Shown: positions 56,297-64,000 of the stretch, one piece after another | Position numbering within the stretch: position 1 is the first letter of the stretch | Layout of the letters: every line of letters begins with the position of its first letter | IMG/VR virus record: IMGVR_UViG_3300017991_000004 | Span: 67,701 to 131,700 of that record | Reading direction: 5' to 3' (one strand) | DNA from: a virus | DNA: 64,000 nucleotides | Notes under the pieces: generated by a model | What the model was told of the DNA's origin: nothing | The model's database searches: none | The model's input: the letters and a program-made list of their open reading frames with translations, nothing else | Translations under genes and position numbers: made by a program

Positions 56297-56839
56297 TTAG
56301 GCTTTCGCCAGTTCTCCGACGACCAGAGAACGGAGGACGTTGACGGCCAGGTTGCCAAGCGTCTTGAGGAACTCAGTCGCCTGCGCCTCGAAGGTTGCCC
56401 GCTTGATGGTAGCTTCCTTCAGCGCCTCGTTGTTCTCCTTCATGGCCGCGATAAGGCCGTCGGGGCCGAGCTTGGTCCGGATGAAGTGGTCCCGAGCCTT
56501 CCCCTTCGCGCCGGAACTGAGAAGGTTCAGGAACTCGTCGAGACCAGCCTTGCCCAGGTCGAAGAGGTCTTCCTTGTGGTCCTTCAGGTAGTTGAGGGCG
56601 ACCTTCGCGTGGCCCTTCAACTGCGGCGGAAGGTCTTCCGCCTTCTTCTCGCCTTCCTTCAGCATGGCGTCGTACCAGCCGGGGTCTTCCTTCTTCGCAG
56701 CCGGCTTCTCCTTCGGCTTCGACGCAGCCTTGGGCTTCTCCTTGGGCTTCTCCTCCTTCGGTTCGGACTTCGGCATCTCCTCCTTCGGTTCCTCGGGAAG
56801 GGCGTCAGCCGTGTCCTTTTTGGCAGACTTCTTTGCCAT
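56297..56839 (-). CDS. hypothetical protein (K/E/P-rich N-terminus)
   Basis: AAGGAG RBS; biased codons. Confidence 0.7.
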   Translation of the reverse strand: MAKKSAKKDTADALPEEPKEEMPKSEPKEEKPKEKPKAASKPKEKPAAKKEDPGWYDAMLKEGEKKAEDLPPQLKGHAKVALNYLKDHKEDLFDLGKAGLDEFLNLLSSGAKGKARDHFIRTKLGPDGLIAAMKENNEALKEATIKRATFEAQATEFLKTLGNLAVNVLRSLVVGELAKA

Positions 56840-56883
56840 CGCTCACTCCTTTCAAACAATTGTGACGGTTGTGAATGGACAGG

Positions 56884-57186
56884 CTACCCGCCGTCCCCTC
56901 CGTCGGGTTTCTTTTCAGCCTCCTCCATCTTGTCGAGGAGTTTCTTGGCTTCCTCGTCATCGTTGAGGCCCCAGTCGAGAATGAGAAGTGTCTTGAGGCA
57001 CTCGCGCACGACCTTCTGGTCCTGCTCTTGCGTCGTCTTTCCTTTGTCCATGAAGTTGAGAACGTAGGCTTCGACGGCGACCCGCTGTTCGTGGGTCTTG
57101 TTCTTCACCTCCGTCGAGACGCAGCACCCGGATACCAGAACGACTGAAACCAGGGCCATCAGCAGGATTGTTAGAAACTGTTTCAT
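56884..57186 (-). CDS. putative lipoprotein (spanin-like position)
   Basis: signal peptide with lipobox VSGC. Confidence 0.6.
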   Translation of the reverse strand: MKQFLTILLMALVSVVLVSGCCVSTEVKNKTHEQRVAVEAYVLNFMDKGKTTQEQDQKVVRECLKTLLILDWGLNDDEEAKKLLDKMEEAEKKPDGGDGG

Positions 57187-57217
57187 TGGGCATCTCCTTC
57201 AAACAGAAACTGGGAAC

Positions 57218-57505
57218 TTACTTGTGAGGCTTGTTGTGGTCCATCGCCTTGAGGAAAGCGTCGAGCAGCGGCTTGTCGTCACCGACTTTCTCGAGGAGAG
57301 CGTCGATGTACTTCTTTGCCGCGTCGGGGTCCAGACCCTTGAGGTCGTCGAGTGTACCTGTGAGCCAGGTAGCAACTCGCTTGGACTCTTCGACCGTCTC
57401 GCGGTCCACCTTTCCCTGCTTCACCAAGTAGGCAACGATGCCGCCGCCTACCATAAGGATCACTTGTAGCGCCAGAATGATAATGGTTGCTGTCTGCCCG
57501 TCCAT
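57218..57505 (-). CDS. single-TM membrane protein (holin/spanin candidate)
   Basis: N-terminal hydrophobic helix; GGAG RBS. Confidence 0.55.
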   Translation of the reverse strand: MDGQTATIIILALQVILMVGGGIVAYLVKQGKVDRETVEESKRVATWLTGTLDDLKGLDPDAAKKYIDALLEKVGDDKPLLDAFLKAMDHNKPHK

Positions 57506-57811
57506 GCCTAACCTCCGTTTTTCTTTTTGATTTTCTCGTCTAAGTCTCTAGAGATTCTGTCGAGACGGTCGTGCGTTTCAGCCATCTTCTGCGACCGAAG
57601 GCTAATCGTCTCGTCCAGTTCTTGTTTCAAATGAGCCTGTGTCTGGGGACGTTTCGACGGAGAGGATGAACGAGAATTGTAGCTGTTGTGTCTTCCGACG
57701 GGAAACAGGCTTCCGGTTCCATATAGGTATCCGGAGTAGCTACCTTGACATCGTTATCCCGACCTAGGAAAAAGTCCACCATCTTGGCAAAGAAACTCAT
57801 GGCGGTCCTCA

Positions 57812-58036
57812 CTAGCGAAGAAGTTCCGTCACCTTCTCCATCACGCAGTTAACCTTGTCTAAGGTATTGACTGTCTGCCGATTGTAGACTGTCGCTTCCT
57901 GCATGATTTTGACAGACGTATCCTTCGCCTTTAGAAGTTCACGCACCAGGTACAGGATGAATCCTCCGAGGAAAGGATAACCGGCCACTGCGCCCACCAG
58001 AAGCCATTTGATTAGGTCTACTTGCTCGTTACCCAT
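57812..58036 (-). CDS. single-TM protein with coiled-coil C-terminus (holin candidate)
   Basis: WLLVGAVAGYPFLGGFILYLV. Confidence 0.55.
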   Translation of the reverse strand: MGNEQVDLIKWLLVGAVAGYPFLGGFILYLVRELLKAKDTSVKIMQEATVYNRQTVNTLDKVNCVMEKVTELLR

Positions 58037-58052
58037 CGACGCTGTCCCCCAG

Positions 58053-58607
58053 TCAGTACAAGATGTAGCAGTCAGTCTTGTCCCCATAGAAAAGTCGAAT
58101 CAACCGGTCTTCATCTCCGGGACGTCCTGACCCCAACACTCGAGAGTTCGATAGTAAATAAATGACTGTGGGAGACCCCTCCGGGTAAAACATGAGCATG
58201 GCGTGTGCTCGGTCCTCCTTTGATGAAACGGATACCCGTTTCGTCCTTCCCTTATATTTCAAAACAGCTTCCCACAGGCACATGAAGTCGTCACAGTCGC
58301 CTCGCTTCCTTGCGATAGTTACCCAAGCATAGGAAGTGAAGTCCACACTCTCCGCGTGCCAGTGAAAGCCGTCTGTTTGCAGTTGATTTGCAACGGCATA
58401 AGGGGAATCCATACCCCGCAGAGTTCGCAAATATGCGCGGGCCTCAGTTTCGTTTTCTTGATATTTTGCCGCCTCTGAGTCTGCCAGAACCCAGTTGTAA
58501 GTTTTCTTGATGTGCTGTCGCCAAAACTTACGAAACGGCTTCTGTTGTTGGCAGGTACACCCCACAGCCAGCAAAGAAAACAAAACAGCTAACAAGCTAC
58601 GCAGCAT
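58053..58607 (-). CDS. lipoprotein with transglutaminase-like cysteine protease domain
   Basis: lipobox AVGC; GDCDDF...HA. Confidence 0.6.
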   Translation of the reverse strand: MLRSLLAVLFSLLAVGCTCQQQKPFRKFWRQHIKKTYNWVLADSEAAKYQENETEARAYLRTLRGMDSPYAVANQLQTDGFHWHAESVDFTSYAWVTIARKRGDCDDFMCLWEAVLKYKGRTKRVSVSSKEDRAHAMLMFYPEGSPTVIYLLSNSRVLGSGRPGDEDRLIRLFYGDKTDCYILY

Positions 58608-58627
58608 TGGGGTACCTGACAAAACTT

Positions 58628-58846
58628 TTACTTCTGGTCCTCTGTTTCCATCTCCTGTAGAGCTTCGGTGAGGAGAGCTTTGGTTGCTGCCCTCGTATCT
58701 ACCAGAGCGACTTTCCGAGGAAACTTCTTGCGATGGTCTTCCCGCAGTTTCTTCCACGCCGCTTTGCGTTTCTTGATAGTTTCACCGACCACGCCGTAGG
58801 CAAAGTCCGCGGTCTCCGTCTGCTTTGTGCAATCCTTCTTGGGCAT
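58628..58846 (-). CDS. hypothetical protein
   Basis: GGAGG RBS. Confidence 0.55.
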   Translation of the reverse strand: MPKKDCTKQTETADFAYGVVGETIKKRKAAWKKLREDHRKKFPRKVALVDTRAATKALLTEALQEMETEDQK

Positions 58847-58848
58847 GA

Positions 58849-60441
58849 CTAACCTCCCCATGCCACGTTAGCCAGGTCGTAATCAGTCAACTCGATATAA
58901 CCGATAACGCACATGGCGAACAACGCACTGTTAAGAATGGTGACTGTGAGATTGACCTTACGAGTCGCGTCAAGTTGCAACCAGAACCCGTCGTAATTGT
59001 GGTCTTCATCTCCAGACACAGTGGCTTCGTTGTAAATCTCTTTGATGAAGGCATCACAGTTAGCGCACTGCTCGAAAATACCCATGTTATTGCTAGTGTT
59101 CCACTCTAGTTCAGCGTTAACTGTTGAAGGACCGCCATCCTCCTGGGCCATAGAGTATGTATTGACAAAGGCACACATCGCAATGGGCGATACATGCTCT
59201 GACATATCAATCGCTGTAGTGACCAAGTTTGCAGTCCAAAGCAAGTCTTCCGCGTGCCCTGCACAATTACCCGTGGCTCCTTTGCTCTTTCCGCTGCCCG
59301 TGGGCTGAATCTTCTGAACGTAGTTGTCGTACTTGACCATCGGAACGGCTTTGGGCGTAGCGCTCCCGTCACCTTCGATGCAAGTGACAAGACGCCATAC
59401 AGTGTAAACATCTGCGCCGCCGGTAAACGCCGGGTCGGTCAGTCCAGGCCCCACAGTGGGGTCATTCGTGGAATACACCAGCGCAACCGCACCGGTGTTC
59501 GGCGCACCAATCGCGTAGGCATATAACCAACCGTTCTGGAAATTGACTTGCAGTGCGTCAGTGTCGTCGGCTCCGCCTGGCCCGATATTGTTTCCAGTAC
59601 CTCCTGCATCCACAGGAAATAACGTGAGCAACTCTGCCACTGACGGGTCAATGTCAAACCAAAATGTCGCATCGTTCCACGCCCGACCTTGAAACTGGTG
59701 TAACAGCCAATTGTAGTTGTTGTTGTTCGGAAGAACTGTCTGGTCGCGACACGCGAAGAGGCAAGTCGTAGACCGGGCGTGCGGTGTAGCCAGAGACGCC
59801 TGCGCTGCTGCACTGAGCTTGTGAATATGGTCCCGCCGCGAGTACACAAACAACGACCCTGGCGATTCTCCGCTGAGTTCGACGTCTTCCGGGTTCACCC
59901 CATCAACGTTGGGAACGTGCTGGTGGTCGATAGGGACACGATTCCAGTTCGTGCCTAGTACAGCTACTGCACCCGCAGTGTTGTCCGACTGAATTGAGCC
60001 CACTACGCCGCGCTGGAGATTGTTCATGTAGGCGCGAATGAGCGTAATGTCGGTGACAATGACGACTACACCACCTGCTTCGTCCACCTGCACCCAGGCA
60101 AGCGGAAAAACGGTAGCTGCCGTGAAAGGAGACCCGTTGCCCGGAGCCCCTGTGTAATCGGCGACAGGAGTGATTTGCTCCGCACCGGCCTCGACCTGTG
60201 CAACTCCCTGGTCGTCCAAGTACACCAAGTCCCACCGAACTCGCCCTGCCCCACTCACAGCTCCGAATGGTCCTGCGGTCTGAGCAGCCTTTTGATACAC
60301 CTGACCGTCAGAATGGTTTGTGAAAAACCCTGCTCCGACGTTCACCAGGTTGTCAGCAGGAGCCCGTTCTGTTACCTCGAAACCATCGAGGTCCGGCCCT
60401 AGAGTGACCTGTCTTTTCTGAAGTTGCGGAGGTGATGCCAT
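58849..60441 (-). CDS. virion structural protein (tail fibre-like)
   Basis: G/A/T/N-rich; R.DLVY.D..G; YSRRDH.H motif; tail context. Confidence 0.6.
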   Translation of the reverse strand: MASPPQLQKRQVTLGPDLDGFEVTERAPADNLVNVGAGFFTNHSDGQVYQKAAQTAGPFGAVSGAGRVRWDLVYLDDQGVAQVEAGAEQITPVADYTGAPGNGSPFTAATVFPLAWVQVDEAGGVVVIVTDITLIRAYMNNLQRGVVGSIQSDNTAGAVAVLGTNWNRVPIDHQHVPNVDGVNPEDVELSGESPGSLFVYSRRDHIHKLSAAAQASLATPHARSTTCLFACRDQTVLPNNNNYNWLLHQFQGRAWNDATFWFDIDPSVAELLTLFPVDAGGTGNNIGPGGADDTDALQVNFQNGWLYAYAIGAPNTGAVALVYSTNDPTVGPGLTDPAFTGGADVYTVWRLVTCIEGDGSATPKAVPMVKYDNYVQKIQPTGSGKSKGATGNCAGHAEDLLWTANLVTTAIDMSEHVSPIAMCAFVNTYSMAQEDGGPSTVNAELEWNTSNNMGIFEQCANCDAFIKEIYNEATVSGDEDHNYDGFWLQLDATRKVNLTVTILNSALFAMCVIGYIELTDYDLANVAWGG

Positions 60442-60465
60442 TGTCCGTTCTCCTTTAAGTCCTGC

Positions 60466-61326
60466 TTACCAGCGCAGGTGACGGAAGTACAGCACGTCGA
60501 TGGCCGGTCCTTGCAGCGTAATCGACGTGAGTGCAATCCCCTTGAGTGCACCAATAGTGGTTTCGATGTAGTCCCGCGTGTAGTAAAGCCGCTGACCGTT
60601 CAGGTACACTTCCAGGCGCTTGGCCCCGACCACAAAGTCGATAGGAACCACTACCTGAGTCTCACCGCCTGCGGCGTCGTAGATGTAGTCTTCCACAGTG
60701 TATGACGAGCCCACCAGCGAAACTCCGTAGCAGGCTTCCTCGCAGGCATCCAGCACACTGAACGTCAGCATCCAAGTGAAGGTCATGCTGAACGCAGCGG
60801 TCTTGACGATGCTGAATCCTGTCTTCCGGGCGAACATCGTTCCGGCCCCGAACGGATTGGTGAACAGCCCTGCCTCTGTAAAGGTGAAACCATTGCCCTC
60901 GCCGACCGCCCAGGTTGCTACAAAGGTTGCAGTGTTGTTCAGCACTGTGGGTGCAACTGCCTTTTGTTGGCCGGTAGTTTGCTCCAGAGTGGTGTCCGAC
61001 AACGAAGGCGGTGTCGCAGGGGCAGGGTCGCCAAGTTCGATGTACCCGATTTCCGAGTTGGCGATACCCGCAGCCATCGCAGCCATCAGGGAAGCGGCTT
61101 GCGAAACGACCAGGTTCTTGTCTTCGAGAACCACGGTCTCTTCGCCAGTTTCGGCGTCCTTCAGGACAACCTTCACCGACCCTCTTACGAGAGGGCCAGG
61201 GTCACCGAGAGCAATACTGGACTGTCCTTTCGCTCCCTTGTGCGCGAGACCGGGTATCGCAGGAGGCGTGCCTACCAATGAACGGTAGAGTTGCTTCCTG
61301 AGTTCTACGTCGCTTTTCTTCACCAT
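60466..61326 (-). CDS. tail collar/baseplate-associated protein
   Basis: NLVV...G.G...P...DT.L...NG....EAGLF....MFARK....I.K; VYLNGQ. Confidence 0.65.
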   Translation of the reverse strand: MVKKSDVELRKQLYRSLVGTPPAIPGLAHKGAKGQSSIALGDPGPLVRGSVKVVLKDAETGEETVVLEDKNLVVSQAASLMAAMAAGIANSEIGYIELGDPAPATPPSLSDTTLEQTTGQQKAVAPTVLNNTATFVATWAVGEGNGFTFTEAGLFTNPFGAGTMFARKTGFSIVKTAAFSMTFTWMLTFSVLDACEEACYGVSLVGSSYTVEDYIYDAAGGETQVVVPIDFVVGAKRLEVYLNGQRLYYTRDYIETTIGALKGIALTSITLQGPAIDVLYFRHLRW

Positions 61327-61344
61327 TGGACACTCCTTGAAACA

Positions 61345-61362
61345 TCTGCTGGTACCAGCAGA
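61345..61362. repeat. 18-bp palindrome copy (exact), abuts a stop codon
   Basis: direct reading. Confidence 0.95.
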
Positions 61363-61833
61363 CTAGCCGACCAGGATAACGTACCCCGCGATTGCCGCGG
61401 TATGTGTGACCACCACTCGCATCCACTGACCGGCTACCTGCACATGCTGAACATTGGCCGGCACCAGCTGGTTGTTCGCGCTGTCGAAACACTGCACCAA
61501 GGGCTTTACCCCCAGGTTGTGATTGATTACCCATGACACCGCCGCTACAGCTACAGGGATTTCCCTGCGACGAGCCAGCGTGATATACAACTCCATGTGT
61601 TCTACGAGCGTCCGCCACGACCCGTTGTGAAACCACTGCAACTTGATGTTGGTTCCCGCTCCTGCGTCATCGTAGAGCCGGGTCATCCCTGTCCGTGGAG
61701 TCAGCGGATAGGACGGATTCGTGGTGTAGTTTGTCGTGCCCAACGAATTGAGGTTCTTCCGAACCACTTCGGAGGCCAGGTTCGATTCTGTCTCCGGCTG
61801 GTCAGGCACGAACGGCGGTAGCGTGTCAGCCAT
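61363..61833 (-). CDS. virion structural protein
   Basis: W.INHNLG..P.V...D motif. Confidence 0.6.
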   Translation of the reverse strand: MADTLPPFVPDQPETESNLASEVVRKNLNSLGTTNYTTNPSYPLTPRTGMTRLYDDAGAGTNIKLQWFHNGSWRTLVEHMELYITLARRREIPVAVAAVSWVINHNLGVKPLVQCFDSANNQLVPANVQHVQVAGQWMRVVVTHTAAIAGYVILVG

Positions 61834-61845
61834 GTATCTATGCCT

Positions 61846-63087
61846 TTAATACGAGCCGTCAGACGGCTGTGGCGGATTCGATGTTATCACAAGAGGGTCG
61901 CCCATTAAAGGGTGAATGAACGGTGTCAGGTCATCGAGGATGATGTTTTTCTGACCATTCGTGTCGATAGTTAGGTGAGTGTCCTGCGGCACCGGTCCCT
62001 TATCTCCGATGTAATACTTGTCTTCAGTCTCCCAGTGGTCCACCCCCACACTGGGGCCGCAACATCCACCATCCGTAACAGCATCGACGAGTTCTTCGTC
62101 TACCTCCATGATTAAATTAAACGTCCGAAGAACAACGTGAATGGGCCGCACCTCTTCCAGGTACCTCTTGATTTTGTTGACAAACTCAGGTGTTACACCA
62201 GGAGGAGCGCTACCATCCAGCGGCACTAGGAAGAAGTCAAAATCTACCCGTGCTGCGTGATAGGGATACTCGTCGTTGACTGTTTCGCCATCGAGAGTAA
62301 TGGGTCCAACCGGACCAGGAGGATTAAACACTAGCTGCATGGCTCCTGTCAGGTAGTTCACCGTACCGTAACCCCCCAGGCTTCCGATGAAGTTACCTTT
62401 CCCGTCGTCCCGCAGCACCTCCGTACCGTCGGTCACTACTAGCGTATACGGCCGCAAAGGTGCCTGTGACAGTGAATTGACAAACACACCGGGAAGCGCA
62501 ACGCCCGTAAAGGGAGTAGTAGTGACGTAGCGGTCCCGGTCATAACGGTCTTGTTCCTCGGCGTATTCCTTCTTCCACAAAGGATAGTAGAGTATCTTGA
62601 ATCCAATCATTCGGTAGAACACTGTCCATGACAACGGAGTACCGTGATGGTGATACGTGTCCAGTATGCCTCGAATGGTTGCCCGCTGTGCGGCTTCGGA
62701 AAGGCTATCGTCCAGGTCATACCCCAATGAAGTTGCCATGTAAGGAAGGAACTGTGCCGGACACCTATCGGGGTCCGTCAGTTCATCCATATCTTTCAAC
62801 TCCTCGAGAAGAGTTTCGTGCTGCGTTTCCAGGCACCAGAACAGCCGCTGGATAACGGGCCGCAACCCCAACCGGTCCCAAGTCGCTATGAACGGCTCGG
62901 TCTGGTCCCACTTGTAGACCTCCCCGTCCGGATTGTCCCATTGGTCTAGGTATGCCATTGTCCCCGTGCGCGAATCCTCGTCACGAATCGGGGGCAACAG
63001 CAGCCCGTACAAATCCGGACGCAAAGAGCCCGCTGTCTGTACTGCACAAGCGTTCCCGCCGTATGTCCAACTGCTGAAACTGGGCAT
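61846..63087 (-). CDS. baseplate/tail protein (P2 gpI-like)
   Basis: DPDRCP..FLPY.A..LG...R..I.......GT; L..VRP.HV. Confidence 0.7.
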   Translation of the reverse strand: MPSFSSWTYGGNACAVQTAGSLRPDLYGLLLPPIRDEDSRTGTMAYLDQWDNPDGEVYKWDQTEPFIATWDRLGLRPVIQRLFWCLETQHETLLEELKDMDELTDPDRCPAQFLPYMATSLGYDLDDSLSEAAQRATIRGILDTYHHHGTPLSWTVFYRMIGFKILYYPLWKKEYAEEQDRYDRDRYVTTTPFTGVALPGVFVNSLSQAPLRPYTLVVTDGTEVLRDDGKGNFIGSLGGYGTVNYLTGAMQLVFNPPGPVGPITLDGETVNDEYPYHAARVDFDFFLVPLDGSAPPGVTPEFVNKIKRYLEEVRPIHVVLRTFNLIMEVDEELVDAVTDGGCCGPSVGVDHWETEDKYYIGDKGPVPQDTHLTIDTNGQKNIILDDLTPFIHPLMGDPLVITSNPPQPSDGSY

Positions 63088-64000
63088 CAATCCCTCCGAG
63101 CACGAACGCGGTAATAGAATACCCCATCCGTACCGTGCTGTACTTCGTAGAAGGTATTGGTTCCAACGTAGATAGTCTTCGGGCTACCAAAATTCGGGTC
63201 AGCGTCCTCCTCTAGCTCATAAGCGTCCGCGCCGATTGATGGCGTCCAGGTTACAGTGTAAATGCCCGTCTTGGATTCCGACGGTACCTGGAGCACCGTG
63301 GGAGGTGCTACCGGTAAAACCGCTGTGGGGTCAGTGCCCGCGAGGTATGCGCTAGTGCCGTAGATATTGCCCGCACGGACACGATAGTAGTAAGTTCCTT
63401 CCTCGCGGTCCTCCACAATGAAGCTGGTGTCCGGGCCGCTATATATCTGAACAGCATCTGAGAAGTCAGGCTGCGTTGCTTCTTCCAGTTCGTAATAGGT
63501 AGCTAGTGGTGATGACGCCCAGGAAATTTCGTAGGACCCCGACAACGACTCTTCCGGTACCGCAATACTCGCAGGTGGAGCGGGTAACGGACTGATATAA
63601 GCAAAACTGAACGGTCCCGCGATACCTTCGTCGTTTCCGAACGGAACTGAATTGATAGTCAGTCGAAACCAGACATCTCCAGTATAACTATCAGTAATCT
63701 CCACAGGTACGTTGAATGCTTGCCCTGCGGGCGTACCCGCTGCGGGAAATGAATACAGCGGGTCGCCACTGAGAATCGTCAAAGGCAGCCATGGTCCCGA
63801 TTCACTTACCTGAGAATACTCAACATCCACTAAGGAAATGTTCGCCCCGTTGGTGTTGTAAATCTTACCGCTTAAATCACCCTCGTTGTTACCGGGTCGC
63901 TGTAAGTAATTTTCTACAATAGCAACAATCGTATTGGAAGAGTCTACCGTAACGAGCCCTAGCTCCCGTGCATAGGAGTGGTAGTCTTTCGCAAAAAAGC
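63087..64000 (-). CDS. fibronectin type III-domain virion protein (5' end outside window)
   Basis: two FN3 repeats (W....A..YELEE...F......Y.G......G.YYYRVRA); frame stays open to the window edge. Confidence 0.75.
   Translation of the reverse strand, partial: FFAKDYHSYARELGLVTVDSSNTIVAIVENYLQRPGNNEGDLSGKIYNTNGANISLVDVEYSQVSESGPWLPLTILSGDPLYSFPAAGTPAGQAFNVPVEITDSYTGDVWFRLTINSVPFGNDEGIAGPFSFAYISPLPAPPASIAVPEESLSGSYEISWASSPLATYYELEEATQPDFSDAVQIYSGPDTSFIVEDREEGTYYYRVRAGNIYGTSAYLAGTDPTAVLPVAPPTVLQVPSESKTGIYTVTWTPSIGADAYELEEDADPNFGSPKTIYVGTNTFYEVQHGTDGVFYYRVRARRD

Noticed and set aside
12778-56966. Long + strand ORFs opposite the - strand genes (e.g. 12778..13551, 19839..20867, 28216..28995, 29434..30111, 56171..57067)
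   Set aside because: These are antisense shadows of codon-biased real genes, with no RBS or recognisable motifs.
929-61362. 18-bp repeat as a CRISPR array
   Set aside because: Copies are kilobases apart and separated by genes, with no regular spacers. The Cas4-like gene sits in a recombination module with no other cas genes.
929-61362. 18-bp repeat as an intrinsic terminator or a KpnI linker/adapter artefact
   Set aside because: It has no U-tract and occurs inside operons. Natural degenerate variants, in-frame intragenic copies and consistent placement at stops argue against an artefact, although reads were not available to exclude it.

Overview
A 64 kb segment of a large tailed dsDNA bacteriophage, standard genetic code. 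Layout: 1-10.3 kb is a + strand block of small, often Cys-rich hypothetical genes plus one tRNA. 10.3-11.4 kb is a repeat-rich non-coding zone where transcription converges. 11.4-64 kb is one - strand block with four parts: (i) a 7-deazaguanine DNA-modification cluster (folE, queD, two queE-like genes, a QueD-like LxxxHRHxF protein, a DpdA-like transglycosylase, no queC seen) interleaved with a glycosyltransferase, PIG-L deacetylase, nucleotidyltransferase and P-loop kinase; (ii) a PPDK derivative lacking its ATP-grasp domain, a Lys-tailed ParB and a poly-Glu/alpha-CTD-like protein; (iii) RuvC, head morphogenesis, HU, portal, terminase, sigma-like and Mor-like regulators, Cas4-like nuclease, RecA, SF2 helicase, PolA, SSB, primase, RNase H, DnaB, DnaC, a phosphatase and UDG; (iv) membrane/lipoproteins and tail/baseplate genes. 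The clearest unexplained structure is a set of dispersed DNA motifs. A perfect 18-bp palindrome TCTGCTGGTACCAGCAGA occurs 19 times, mostly at gene junctions and twice just upstream of parB. A 14-bp quasi-palindrome YGCAAGCGATTGCR occurs 10 times. A 16-bp palindrome TTTCCATATATGGAAA clusters in the convergence zone. All product calls come from motifs recognised by eye; no database searches were run, and motif counts are manual.
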